A stretch of 64,000 bases of DNA from contig JAEHCO010000004.1 of NCBI GenBank assembly GCA_020697715.1, positions 97,765-161,764 of the forward strand, written 5' to 3'. Position numbers and translations under genes: made by a program. Source of the stretch: Methanobacteriota archaeon (GTDB lineage Archaea > Thermoplasmatota > Thermoplasmata > SG8-5 > JAGLSY01). Below the pieces are notes generated by a model. That model saw only the letters and a list, made by a program, of their open reading frames with translations. It was not told the origin of the DNA and ran no database searches. Of this stretch, positions 29,056 through 37,551 are shown piece after piece; the first letter of the stretch is position 1; the number at the start of each line of letters is the position of its first letter.

Positions 29056-29727
29056 ATGGACAAAGCCATGATATCCAAACTTCAGGAGATGTACGCGGAC
29101 ATAGAGCCGGATATCGTAGAACGTCTGGAGGATTTTACCAGCAAATGGGAAAACGGAAGTGATGAGGATATATTCATCGAGCTGGTATTCTGTTTACTAA
29201 CTCCACAATCAAAAGCCAGAACATGCTGGCCAGCAGTTGAGAGAATGGTCAGCGATGGCTCATTGTTCGCCGGCGATCATGATGGCATACTCAATTGCGT
29301 ATCCAATGTGCGCTTCAAGAACAATAAGACCAAATATATCTTGGAAGCCAGGCAATTCTTTTTGATAAATGACAATAAGAACAATATAAATAATGATATT
29401 AATATAAAAAGAATCTTAATAAAACAAGGCCAGCCCAAGAAGATGCGCGAATGGCTGGTCGATAATATCAAAGGAATGGGATACAAGGAGGCCAGCCATT
29501 TCCTGCGTAATATTGGAATGGGCGGTGAATTGGCAATACTGGACCGGCATATTTTGCGCAACCTGGTCGTTTATGGAGTTATAGACGAGATACCAGTATC
29601 CATCACACCCAAGAGATACCTGGCCATCGAGAAAAATATGGCCATTTTCGCCTCGAAGATCGACATTCCAATGGATCATCTGGACCTCCTGCTATGGTAC
29701 AAGGAAGCAGGCGAGATATTCAAGTAG
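29056..29727 (+). CDS. ogg: 8-oxoguanine DNA glycosylase/AP lyase, archaeal/Thermotoga type
   Basis: ELVFCLLTPQ, KGMGYKEASHFLRNIG, AILDRHILR, LDLLLWY...IFK. Confidence 0.92.
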   Translation: MDKAMISKLQEMYADIEPDIVERLEDFTSKWENGSDEDIFIELVFCLLTPQSKARTCWPAVERMVSDGSLFAGDHDGILNCVSNVRFKNNKTKYILEARQFFLINDNKNNINNDINIKRILIKQGQPKKMREWLVDNIKGMGYKEASHFLRNIGMGGELAILDRHILRNLVVYGVIDEIPVSITPKRYLAIEKNMAIFASKIDIPMDHLDLLLWYKEAGEIFK

Positions 29728-29764
29728 ATGATATTACCCATCTACTTTTCATCCGCTTCACCTA

Positions 29765-29902
29765 CTATCCGTCCACTACCCAATCAGAATCCGCCGGAAC
29801 ATGGACACCCACTTTTTCTTTTATCCCTCGCTGCGCTGTATTGGGCTCCAAAAGAAAAAGACGGACAAATAAGAAAAATCGCCCAACCCTGCTCACTCGG
29901 AG
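29765..29902. repeat. Duplicated 3' end of the 29903-31336 gene (29765-29808) plus ~95-bp hairpin element, copy 2
   Basis: ccaatcagaatccgccggaacatggacac at 29780-29808 and 29918-29946; spacer aligns with 7001-7094. Confidence 0.88.
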
Positions 29903-31336
29903 TTACCCATCTATTATCCAATCAGAATCCGCCGGAACATGGACACGATAACCATACCCTGGCACCATCATGTCTCCTGCTCCCATCTGAGAAAGGAAGT
30001 AGGGGGCACTGGAATTGAAACAGTATACCTTATCAGCCCCGGTTCCCCAGAGTGCTTCTGATACTGGCATGGGGTCAGCAAGTGAAGGATAGCCAACCAT
30101 GTTCCATCCAGCATATAGATGGATCGTCGTGGTATCTGGCTGTGTACCTCTTATAACCAATGTATCCGAATTATTGGCCTTGAGCCAGAAACTCATTTTA
30201 TGATCGAGAGTCCAGAGGTCCAAAAGAACATCCGGCATTGTGACATCATTGAGCTTCCAGTGATCGACAGGATCAGATGCATCATACCATTGTACACATG
30301 ACCAGCTTATACCAGACAATATATCCCGCAGATCGGTTTCATCCAATTCTAGAGGGAAGGAGATGAAGTTCCACCCTTCGATAAGGTCAATATCGAAGGT
30401 CTGGGTGGCTTTCACTACCTCGAAGTCAATAAAACAATCATCCGTGTCATATCCATCTATGACACGCTTTAGACTGTAACCAGATGCAGGAGATGACGCA
30501 TCTGGCATGACCGTATTGTCTGGCTCATAAATTTGATTTCCATACTCCACCCGATCGATAGCTATATCATGACCTCCAGCCACGGATGTGCCTGTATTAT
30601 TCCATACGAGCTTCAGTTCGTCACTGACGGTATCCAGGAAGCCTGGGACAAGGTCGATGTAAATTGTCTGTTGGGAGCCGACAGACCCAGCCAGTTGAAC
30701 GCTGGGGCCATCATAGTCCCCCTCATCGCCCATCTGGGTGAAGGACGAAGCAACAACCTTCTCAAGATAGAAGTCTGCGAGATCCATATCAGAATCAGTG
30801 GGGTTGTAAATGGTGCAGTAGGCTTCGCCAGCCCCATTGTCCGGGCATATCTCATTGACCTTAAGTGAAGGGGGGTTGTCAGCAGTTGAAAAATGAAGGT
30901 CTACCATTTCGGCGAGAGCCCTTTCCCATACCATTGTCTCATTGGCCCAGTATCTATCATTGCCATATGATATGGAGAAAAGAACTATGTCGTTCCAGTA
31001 TGCGCCGTCCTTTTCATAGACTGGCTCTTCCAGATCTTTGATGTTCGTATCCCACATCACATCTATGACGTATGTGTTCGGGTCAAAATAAATGCCCTCG
31101 TCATACTGAACACCATCTATCCAAGACTCGACAATGGGACCGCTTACCTGTTGCTGGCCATCAATATAGACATTGCCCCAGCATGTTGCCGGGAGCCATC
31201 CAGGGTCCATTGGCTTTTCATTCTTATGCGGTGCCTTTGCAGATGTAATTGCCATTGGCAATATCAAAGCCATGGCTATGCTCACGCTCAATAAATACAG
31301 AGTTTTATTTCTCATTAGACTCACTTCTCTGCCCAT
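29903..31336 (-). CDS. Secreted protein with lamin-tail-like domain and conserved C-terminal GWNL domain
   Basis: Signal peptide; LKVNEI...IYNPTDSDMDLADFYL...DRVEYG; GWNFISFP...GWNMVGYP. Confidence 0.8.
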   Translation of the reverse strand: MGREVSLMRNKTLYLLSVSIAMALILPMAITSAKAPHKNEKPMDPGWLPATCWGNVYIDGQQQVSGPIVESWIDGVQYDEGIYFDPNTYVIDVMWDTNIKDLEEPVYEKDGAYWNDIVLFSISYGNDRYWANETMVWERALAEMVDLHFSTADNPPSLKVNEICPDNGAGEAYCTIYNPTDSDMDLADFYLEKVVASSFTQMGDEGDYDGPSVQLAGSVGSQQTIYIDLVPGFLDTVSDELKLVWNNTGTSVAGGHDIAIDRVEYGNQIYEPDNTVMPDASSPASGYSLKRVIDGYDTDDCFIDFEVVKATQTFDIDLIEGWNFISFPLELDETDLRDILSGISWSCVQWYDASDPVDHWKLNDVTMPDVLLDLWTLDHKMSFWLKANNSDTLVIRGTQPDTTTIHLYAGWNMVGYPSLADPMPVSEALWGTGADKVYCFNSSAPYFLSQMGAGDMMVPGYGYRVHVPADSDWIIDG

Positions 31337-31452
31337 AACATGATTGTCTCAGACCCCTTATATACAGTTTGGTACAAGCTTCGAACATATATAGCTAAAA
31401 TTACGTTACTTTTATATGTACGAAATCAATACAGCGGTAAGAGTGATTGTTA

Positions 31453-32153
31453 TGGCTGCCACAAAGGGAAAAAGCGCAAGCAAAAGCAAAGCGAAAAGTG
31501 CTCCGAAAGCAAGTCCAAAGGCTAAACCAGCGGTAAAGCCAAAGGCAAAACCCAAAGCGAAGTCTACAGATTGGTTCGCTGATCTGGATGCCGAATTGGA
31601 CAAGAAGACCGAGAGAGCAATAGATGTAGATGGTGGAGCGAGCTCGAAGAAGGAAGTGCTCAACCGAACCCTTGTAGAGGATTTCTGGAAGATCGTTCTC
31701 AGATTCGAGAAGATCAATATCCATTTCTCCATTGACCCAGAGTACAGTACATTTGCCAAGTTCGAGAAATTCCCATATGAGTGGACCATGAAGGAGAACA
31801 TTGCCTACATGGACATAAACCAGATCAAGATATCTGATAAGACCCAGAGCGAGAACAGGGTCGGAGACACACTCCGGTTCAGATATTACAAGCTCAATGG
31901 CAAGGACCAGCTCAGATTATCATTCGAGTTCTTCGAGGGTGAGCATTACTACAAATATTCCGGATGGAAAAGGATGTTCGGCGAGTTCATCGCATACGAC
32001 ACACCTGTCAAAAATGCGGATCTGGATGCCATACACGCTATACTGGCAGATATCGTCAGGGCATGGTATGAGTCCCACCTGAGAAGAGACAGGGATCTTC
32101 TGCTCAAATACATGGACAAGAACTACGAGAAAGGCGAGACCTACACAGAGTAG
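31453..32153 (+). CDS. Hypothetical protein with Lys/Ala/Pro-rich N-terminal tail
   Basis: Clean ORF; KAKSAPKASPKAKPAVKPKAKPK then a globular domain; start MAATK. Confidence 0.8.
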
Positions 32154-32232
32154 TCTTGCCCCTTTGAATTTTTATATCTACAGTGTTAACTAGGTCAATT
32201 TAACAGGATCCTAACCAGATCATTCTTGCCAG

Positions 32233-32298
32233 GTCTAATGTAGTAAGTATTGAAGTCTAATGATCAGTAAGTATTGAAGTCAAATGGTCAGTAAGTAT
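32233..32298. repeat. Intergenic ~24-bp tandem repeat, about three copies
   Basis: gtctaatg-tagtaagtattgaa / gtctaatgatcagtaagtattgaa / gtcaaatggtcagtaagtat. Confidence 0.8.
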
Positions 32299-32346
32299 GT
32301 AGTAAACACATATTGAAATGAATAGAGCTAGATATATCAGAAATAT

Positions 32347-32598
32347 CTATATTCCATTTTTGAAGCCATTCTTAAAGGAAGGGCAAAAGAACCGGCCTTC
32401 CTCCTTTTCGAACTTATTGAAGGTCTCCAGAATATCAATGCAATCGAAGCAGAAACCATTCCTCTTATCATCCGGAAGAATAACAAGAGAATTGCCGCAT
32501 TTTCTACAAGAAGTATGACTGTTAAAAGCCTCGTCGGCCTGTAATGCAGCATGTCTCAAATCTGGTCTCAGATCCATTTTGAACACCGTTATATTCAA
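32347..32598 (-). CDS. Small putative zinc-ribbon protein
   Basis: CRKC-x15-CFDC; start uncertain. Confidence 0.55.
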   Translation of the reverse strand: MNITVFKMDLRPDLRHAALQADEAFNSHTSCRKCGNSLVILPDDKRNGFCFDCIDILETFNKFEKEEGRFFCPSFKNGFKNGI

Positions 32599-32722
32599 GT
32601 CCTATGTGCATCCCATTGAAGGGTTAAGAGCAAGGCATATAAATAGGTTTTTTTATCGGAATTATTTTAATTATATATTGGCTATAGCCAGGTATTTTTA
32701 TTTCCATTTTTTATTAAAATAT

Positions 32723-34054
32723 TTAGCCTCTTATTTCGCTCATCCTTTTTATACGTTTCTGTAGAGCTTCCGGTGTTCCGATATCATGTCTCATGAAAAC
32801 TTCACCTCTGATGGAGCTCACGGCCTTCTCGCAGATCCGCTCCGCTTCGAAGATATCATCGGCAATGCCGATCACCGCGAGTGATCGAGAAGACGTTGTG
32901 AAAACCTTGCCGTTCTCCTCATTCACCGAGGCATAATAGAGCTTCGCTCCCATCTTTGTAATATCATCCTCATCCATAGTTATCTCCGCGCCCACAAGGG
33001 ATTTCACCCCGTATCCCTTGGGCACGATGTATTTGCATACTGTGGCCTTGTTCTTGTACCGGGCCATCTCTGGTTTTAAATTGCCCTCGATCATGGCCTT
33101 GCAGATGTCCAGGAAGCTGGATTCCAGTAATGGAAGGACATTCATCGCTTCGGGGTCACCGAAACGCGCATTGAACTCCACACATTTGACGCCATCCCTG
33201 GTAGCTATGAAACCACCGTACATCACGCCCTTGTAAGGCACGCCACATTCCTCTCTGAGGGCGTCACATGTCTTCTGAGTTATGGCCAGTGCTTCCTCAT
33301 AATCTCCAGGTCTCAGGAAAGGAAGGGAATGATCATGATCAGAATAACTACCCATGCCACCGGTATTGGGGCCAGTATCTCCCTCATAGGCTCTTTTATG
33401 ATCCTGTGCCAGAGGTGAACCTATAACTGTGAAGCCATCAGAAAGTGCCTGCAAGCTGAACTCCTCACCAACGAACTTTTCTTCGATCACGACAGAACCA
33501 TGTTTGATTATGCATTCCTCAGCATATTTTAGACCATCTTCGATAGTTTCCAGGTGCTCTCCACTGAGCTTCACGCCTTTCCCACCGCACAGGCCATCAT
33601 CCTTGACGACATATTCATCAAGTCTCTCCAGCCATTCTCTCATTCCGTCCATATTGTGGAATACCGCATACTTGGCATTTCCCGGAATGTCGAACATCTC
33701 GAATAATCCGCGTGTGAAAGATTTACTGGTCTCCAATCTTGCAAGTTCTTTCGTGGGGCCGATGCAGGGAATTCCAACTTCCTGCAATTCATCCACCAGG
33801 CCAGCCTCAAGTGGACCCTCAGGCCCGATGATCGCCATCTCGATCCCTTTTTCCATTGCCCAATCGGTGATCTTCTCGATCTCAGTTTCAGCCATATAGA
33901 GAATGTCCTCACAGAATCTGGCTATCCCCGGATTCCGATTCTTCATAACAACATACAATGTTACTTCATCCCTACTCAAAGCCTCGATGATGGCATGCTC
34001 CCTGGCGCCTCCGCCCACTACAAGAATTTTCATGATATCAGGGGATGATTGCAC
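32723..34054 (-). CDS. purD: Phosphoribosylamine--glycine ligase
   Basis: ILVVGGGAREHA, GPE, GKGV, QDHKRAYEGDTGPNTGGMGSY, EFNARFGDPE. Confidence 0.96.
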   Translation of the reverse strand: MQSSPDIMKILVVGGGAREHAIIEALSRDEVTLYVVMKNRNPGIARFCEDILYMAETEIEKITDWAMEKGIEMAIIGPEGPLEAGLVDELQEVGIPCIGPTKELARLETSKSFTRGLFEMFDIPGNAKYAVFHNMDGMREWLERLDEYVVKDDGLCGGKGVKLSGEHLETIEDGLKYAEECIIKHGSVVIEEKFVGEEFSLQALSDGFTVIGSPLAQDHKRAYEGDTGPNTGGMGSYSDHDHSLPFLRPGDYEEALAITQKTCDALREECGVPYKGVMYGGFIATRDGVKCVEFNARFGDPEAMNVLPLLESSFLDICKAMIEGNLKPEMARYKNKATVCKYIVPKGYGVKSLVGAEITMDEDDITKMGAKLYYASVNEENGKVFTTSSRSLAVIGIADDIFEAERICEKAVSSIRGEVFMRHDIGTPEALQKRIKRMSEIRG

Positions 34055-34134
34055 AGGGCATTGTTAAGGATTACGGAGGATGAAACTACCGCCATCAGAT
34101 AATCTTTTTAACCCCTCCAGCCATATTAACCGAC

Positions 34135-34515
34135 ATGCAGGAACTGACTGGCGTGAAATTTGTAGAGAAGAAGTCGAAATTCTTCGCCCATATTTATTCG
34201 ATAGGCTCGCCAGACGAGATGGATGAGATTCTCAAGATCCACCGTAGAAAATACAAGAAGGCGAATCATCATTGCTTCGCCCTGCGCTTCATGAAGAATG
34301 GCCAGCAAGTGGAGATGGCAAAGGATGACGGAGAGGTCGGTCATCCTGGACGAGTTCTGCAGGAGATACTGAAAAAGAATAAGATGGACACGCATGTTCT
34401 TATCGTGTCCAGAATATTCGGTGGCATCAAACTGGGAGTCGGCGGAGTATCACGAGCATTCAAGGAAGCTGGCAATGGCGCGGCAGATGGCCTTAATGGC
34501 CGAACTGACACATAA
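34135..34515 (+). CDS. YigZ/IMPACT family protein (N-terminal domain only)
   Basis: EKKSKF, ANHHCFA, DDGE, SRIFGGIKLGVGG. Confidence 0.9.
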   Translation: MQELTGVKFVEKKSKFFAHIYSIGSPDEMDEILKIHRRKYKKANHHCFALRFMKNGQQVEMAKDDGEVGHPGRVLQEILKKNKMDTHVLIVSRIFGGIKLGVGGVSRAFKEAGNGAADGLNGRTDT

Positions 34516-34613
34516 TTATTCTTTTATTTATATTGAAATATAATTAGATAAATAATTATATAAATATATGAGGATATAATTAGATTGATGCCCCGATAAT
34601 ATGATCGAATAAA

Positions 34614-35000
34614 TTACATCATCCGAGTCAATATCTGAGTATTGAAAAGCTTACCCAGATATACCGCGAATATACAAACTACGATGGTCATGGTGACATA
34701 GGTCGCGGCCCTCACGGTCTCACCATTCTCGAAGAAATTGAATATCTCATAACTGAAAGTACTCATGGTGGTGAAGGCTCCCATTATGCCGATGCCAAGG
34801 AACACCTTCCACTCGGTAGAAAGATCCAGCTTGCTTAGGGATGAGAACATGATGACACCCAGTAGAAAAGAGCCAATTATATTGACTGCCAGAGTTCCAT
34901 AAGGCAGGCGCGGCTCATTTAGAAGGTCGCCCACTCCATAGCGGAGTATCGCGCCGATAAAGCCACCAGTGCCCACAAGCAATGCGAGTTTGATATCCAT
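34614..35000 (-). CDS. crcB: Fluoride efflux channel Fluc
   Basis: GGFIGAILRY, PYGTLAVNIIGSF, GAFTTMSTFSYE. Confidence 0.93.
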   Translation of the reverse strand: MDIKLALLVGTGGFIGAILRYGVGDLLNEPRLPYGTLAVNIIGSFLLGVIMFSSLSKLDLSTEWKVFLGIGIMGAFTTMSTFSYEIFNFFENGETVRAATYVTMTIVVCIFAVYLGKLFNTQILTRMM

Positions 35001-35153
35001 ATTTATTATCACACCAATTCAGAAGTCAATAATAGATGATCGTTTATGAAATTTTGGATTAGTGGGATCTTTCTAATCGCCTATTCTCAATCTATTACTA
35101 GCGATTAGAAAAGTTAATACGATTACATTCAAACCCCCAACATAGTATTTACT

Positions 35154-35840
35154 TCATGACGCTGAATCCTTGGTGAGGAAGATAAGCAGCATTGCCAGAC
35201 CCATTGCTCCAAAGAATGCGATAAGGCTGGCGGAGGATGCCAGATAATTGTAAAGGCCATGCATGAGAACAGCCAGAAGATAGAATGGGATTATAATTAG
35301 CCAGGAGCTGTGATCCACAATATATCTTGCATATCCCTGGCCAGTCATGGCGGTCGCACTTGCATGAAGGGCACAGGCCGCGAAGCTTCTGAGGATCGCT
35401 GTCAACAAGAAGGACCCCCAGCCTCCCTCATTGAGCGCGGATAGTTCGTAAAGTAGATTCTCAGTGGCCGCAAAGCCCAGGCCAGCAGTTGCTCCGAGGA
35501 TTATTCCATCTTGCAGGGAGCCTATATCCCATCCAGTGAGCTTCAGACCCAGGGGTTTGGCGAACTCCTCGGCGAAAGGAGCTATGACCACGGCCATGAA
35601 TATGGCACTTGTGGCATATTCACCATATTCACGAGGGCTGAATCCGGGAGCCAATATCTCCAAGATAATAGCAATGATGACTGCGAAACCCGCTCCCCAT
35701 ATGAACATGATCAGCAGACTGGACATTGACAGGACCGTATTGGAGCCCTTCATGAGCCAGCCGATCCAGAATATGGATGGCAAAAAGGCCACCAGAAGAA
35801 AGAAAATAATTGTCTGCAAGAGATCTATGTCCATCTTCAC
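35154..35840 (-). CDS. PrsW family intramembrane protease
   Basis: APFAEEFAK, GLGFAATEN, conserved His (LHA, HGLYN). Confidence 0.9.
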   Translation of the reverse strand: MKMDIDLLQTIIFFLLVAFLPSIFWIGWLMKGSNTVLSMSSLLIMFIWGAGFAVIIAIILEILAPGFSPREYGEYATSAIFMAVVIAPFAEEFAKPLGLKLTGWDIGSLQDGIILGATAGLGFAATENLLYELSALNEGGWGSFLLTAILRSFAACALHASATAMTGQGYARYIVDHSSWLIIIPFYLLAVLMHGLYNYLASSASLIAFFGAMGLAMLLIFLTKDSAS

Positions 35841-35976
35841 ACCCTATTCAATGTAAATGTTGGTATTGGTTATAATTATTTTCATTTTACACAGGCCAGA
35901 TGGATATTATGCATATTTTTTTCGTGGAACCTATTTAATAATACCTGGCCTTAGTGCCCATTCTGAAGGTAACTTC

Positions 35977-37506
35977 ATGACAGATAAAAAATTCATAGAC
36001 TTTGGCCTGATAAAGCCGATAAATCGCGCATTGAGCGAGATGGATTACTCAGAGCCAACTCCCATCCAGTTGCAGGCCATACCACCATTGCTCGAAGGCC
36101 GAGACCTGATAGGCTGTGCCCAGACAGGAACTGGAAAGACAGCGGCATTCTCATTACCCATCATACACCATTTGGCCAAGAACCAGCGCAAACGCGAGCG
36201 CGGAGTTGTTCGATCACTTATAGTAACCCCAACAAGGGAACTGGCCGCCCAGATATATCAGAATCTAAGGATGTACTCAAAACATCTTGATATGAACTCC
36301 GTTGTCATATATGGTGGTGTTGGACAGTCCCCCCAGGTCAAGAACATGAACCGAGGTGTTGAGATACTGGTCGCGACCCCAGGTCGCCTTCTGGACCTAA
36401 TAAATCAGGGCCATGTGGATCTGAAAAAGGTGGAGATCCTCGTATTGGATGAGGCAGACAGAATGCTGGACATGGGATTCATCCATGATATCAGACGAAT
36501 TCTCGAACACATACCGGATGAAAGACAGACGATGTTCTTCTCGGCCACCATGCCTCCGAAGATAGTTCAATTATCAAAGAAGATGGTCCACAACCCAGTG
36601 CGTGTTGATGTCACACCTGATAAACCAGTCATCGAGATCATAGACCAGCGATTGATGATGGCCGAGGTAAGCCAGAAGACAACGGTCCTGATGAACGTTC
36701 TCAAAGAAGAGGAAGTTCACAAAGCACTCGTCTTCACACGAACAAAGCATGGCGCTAATAAACTTGTCAAGCTGCTGGGACGTGCGGGCATAAATGCTGA
36801 GGGCATACACGGGAACAAATCACAAACTGCCAGGCAGAACGCCCTGGCGGATTTCAAGAGCGGCAAGGTCACTGTGCTTGTTGCCACAGATATTGCAGCA
36901 CGAGGAATTGACGTGGAGGGTATAACCCACGTCATAAACCATGATATTCCAGATGTTGCAGAGACCTACGTCCACCGCATTGGTAGGACAGCACGAGCTG
37001 GCTCCAGCGGGATATCCGTATCACTTTGCAGTAAAGAAGAACAGAGATCCATAAGAGATATTGAAAGGCTTATCAAACAGTCGATCCCCGTGATCGATGT
37101 GAAGCCGTATCTCAGCAATGTCAAATTAATGCCAGAGGTTAAAAGACCACAGCCAAAACCAAAGGTTCAGAAACAACATGGCCGAAGACCCTATAACAAG
37201 CAAGGCGGAAGATCAGGCGGACAAGGTGGAAAACCAGGCAACCGCCAGGGTTCAAAACCTGGCGGATATCAGAGTAATAAACCAAGCGGTAATCAAGGTA
37301 ATAAGCCTGGCGGCAATCAGGGCAATAAACCAGGTGGCAATCAAGGTGGAAAACCTGAAGGCCAGCAGGGTGGAAGCGGCGGAGGTAGCGGAAGTGGCGG
37401 AAGAAAACCCAATCCGCACAGGGAAAGCCGCCGCCAGCAGAAGAAACAGCCCAAGAAAGGCAATAAGAATCGGGGCAATCAAGGAAATAATATGATGACC
37501 CGATGA
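35977..37506 (+). CDS. DEAD-box RNA helicase (RhlE-like) with G/Q/N-rich repeat tail
   Basis: Q motif, AQTGTGKT, PTRELA, DEAD, SAT, HRIGRTAR; start MTDKKF. Confidence 0.95.
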   Translation: MTDKKFIDFGLIKPINRALSEMDYSEPTPIQLQAIPPLLEGRDLIGCAQTGTGKTAAFSLPIIHHLAKNQRKRERGVVRSLIVTPTRELAAQIYQNLRMYSKHLDMNSVVIYGGVGQSPQVKNMNRGVEILVATPGRLLDLINQGHVDLKKVEILVLDEADRMLDMGFIHDIRRILEHIPDERQTMFFSATMPPKIVQLSKKMVHNPVRVDVTPDKPVIEIIDQRLMMAEVSQKTTVLMNVLKEEEVHKALVFTRTKHGANKLVKLLGRAGINAEGIHGNKSQTARQNALADFKSGKVTVLVATDIAARGIDVEGITHVINHDIPDVAETYVHRIGRTARAGSSGISVSLCSKEEQRSIRDIERLIKQSIPVIDVKPYLSNVKLMPEVKRPQPKPKVQKQHGRRPYNKQGGRSGGQGGKPGNRQGSKPGGYQSNKPSGNQGNKPGGNQGNKPGGNQGGKPEGQQGGSGGGSGSGGRKPNPHRESRRQQKKQPKKGNKNRGNQGNNMMTR

Positions 37507-37551
37507 GTCTCATTATTTTCATTCCGGTTATTTTTTCATCCCGGGTATAAT

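Noticed and set aside
29365-29410. Asn-rich in-frame insert in ogg as an intein or intron
   Set aside because: Only about ten codons of AT-rich low complexity, with no splicing motifs.
29734-29745. Possible third copy of the gene end (TTACCCATCTA, reading VDG*)
   Set aside because: Only 11 bp and largely part of the AGTAGATG/CATCTACT hairpin at the ogg stop; may be chance.
29765-29946. Diversity-generating retroelement TR/VR pair
   Set aside because: Repeats are too short, differences are not adenine-restricted (T/C and G/A both occur), and there is no reverse transcriptase in the window.
32233-32298. CRISPR array (also considered for 45646-45752)
   Set aside because: Units are directly tandem with no unique spacers, and there are no cas genes.
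35015-35113. Canonical fluoride riboswitch before crcB
   Set aside because: The conserved 5' core and pseudoknot could not be found; only a 3'-like fragment is present.
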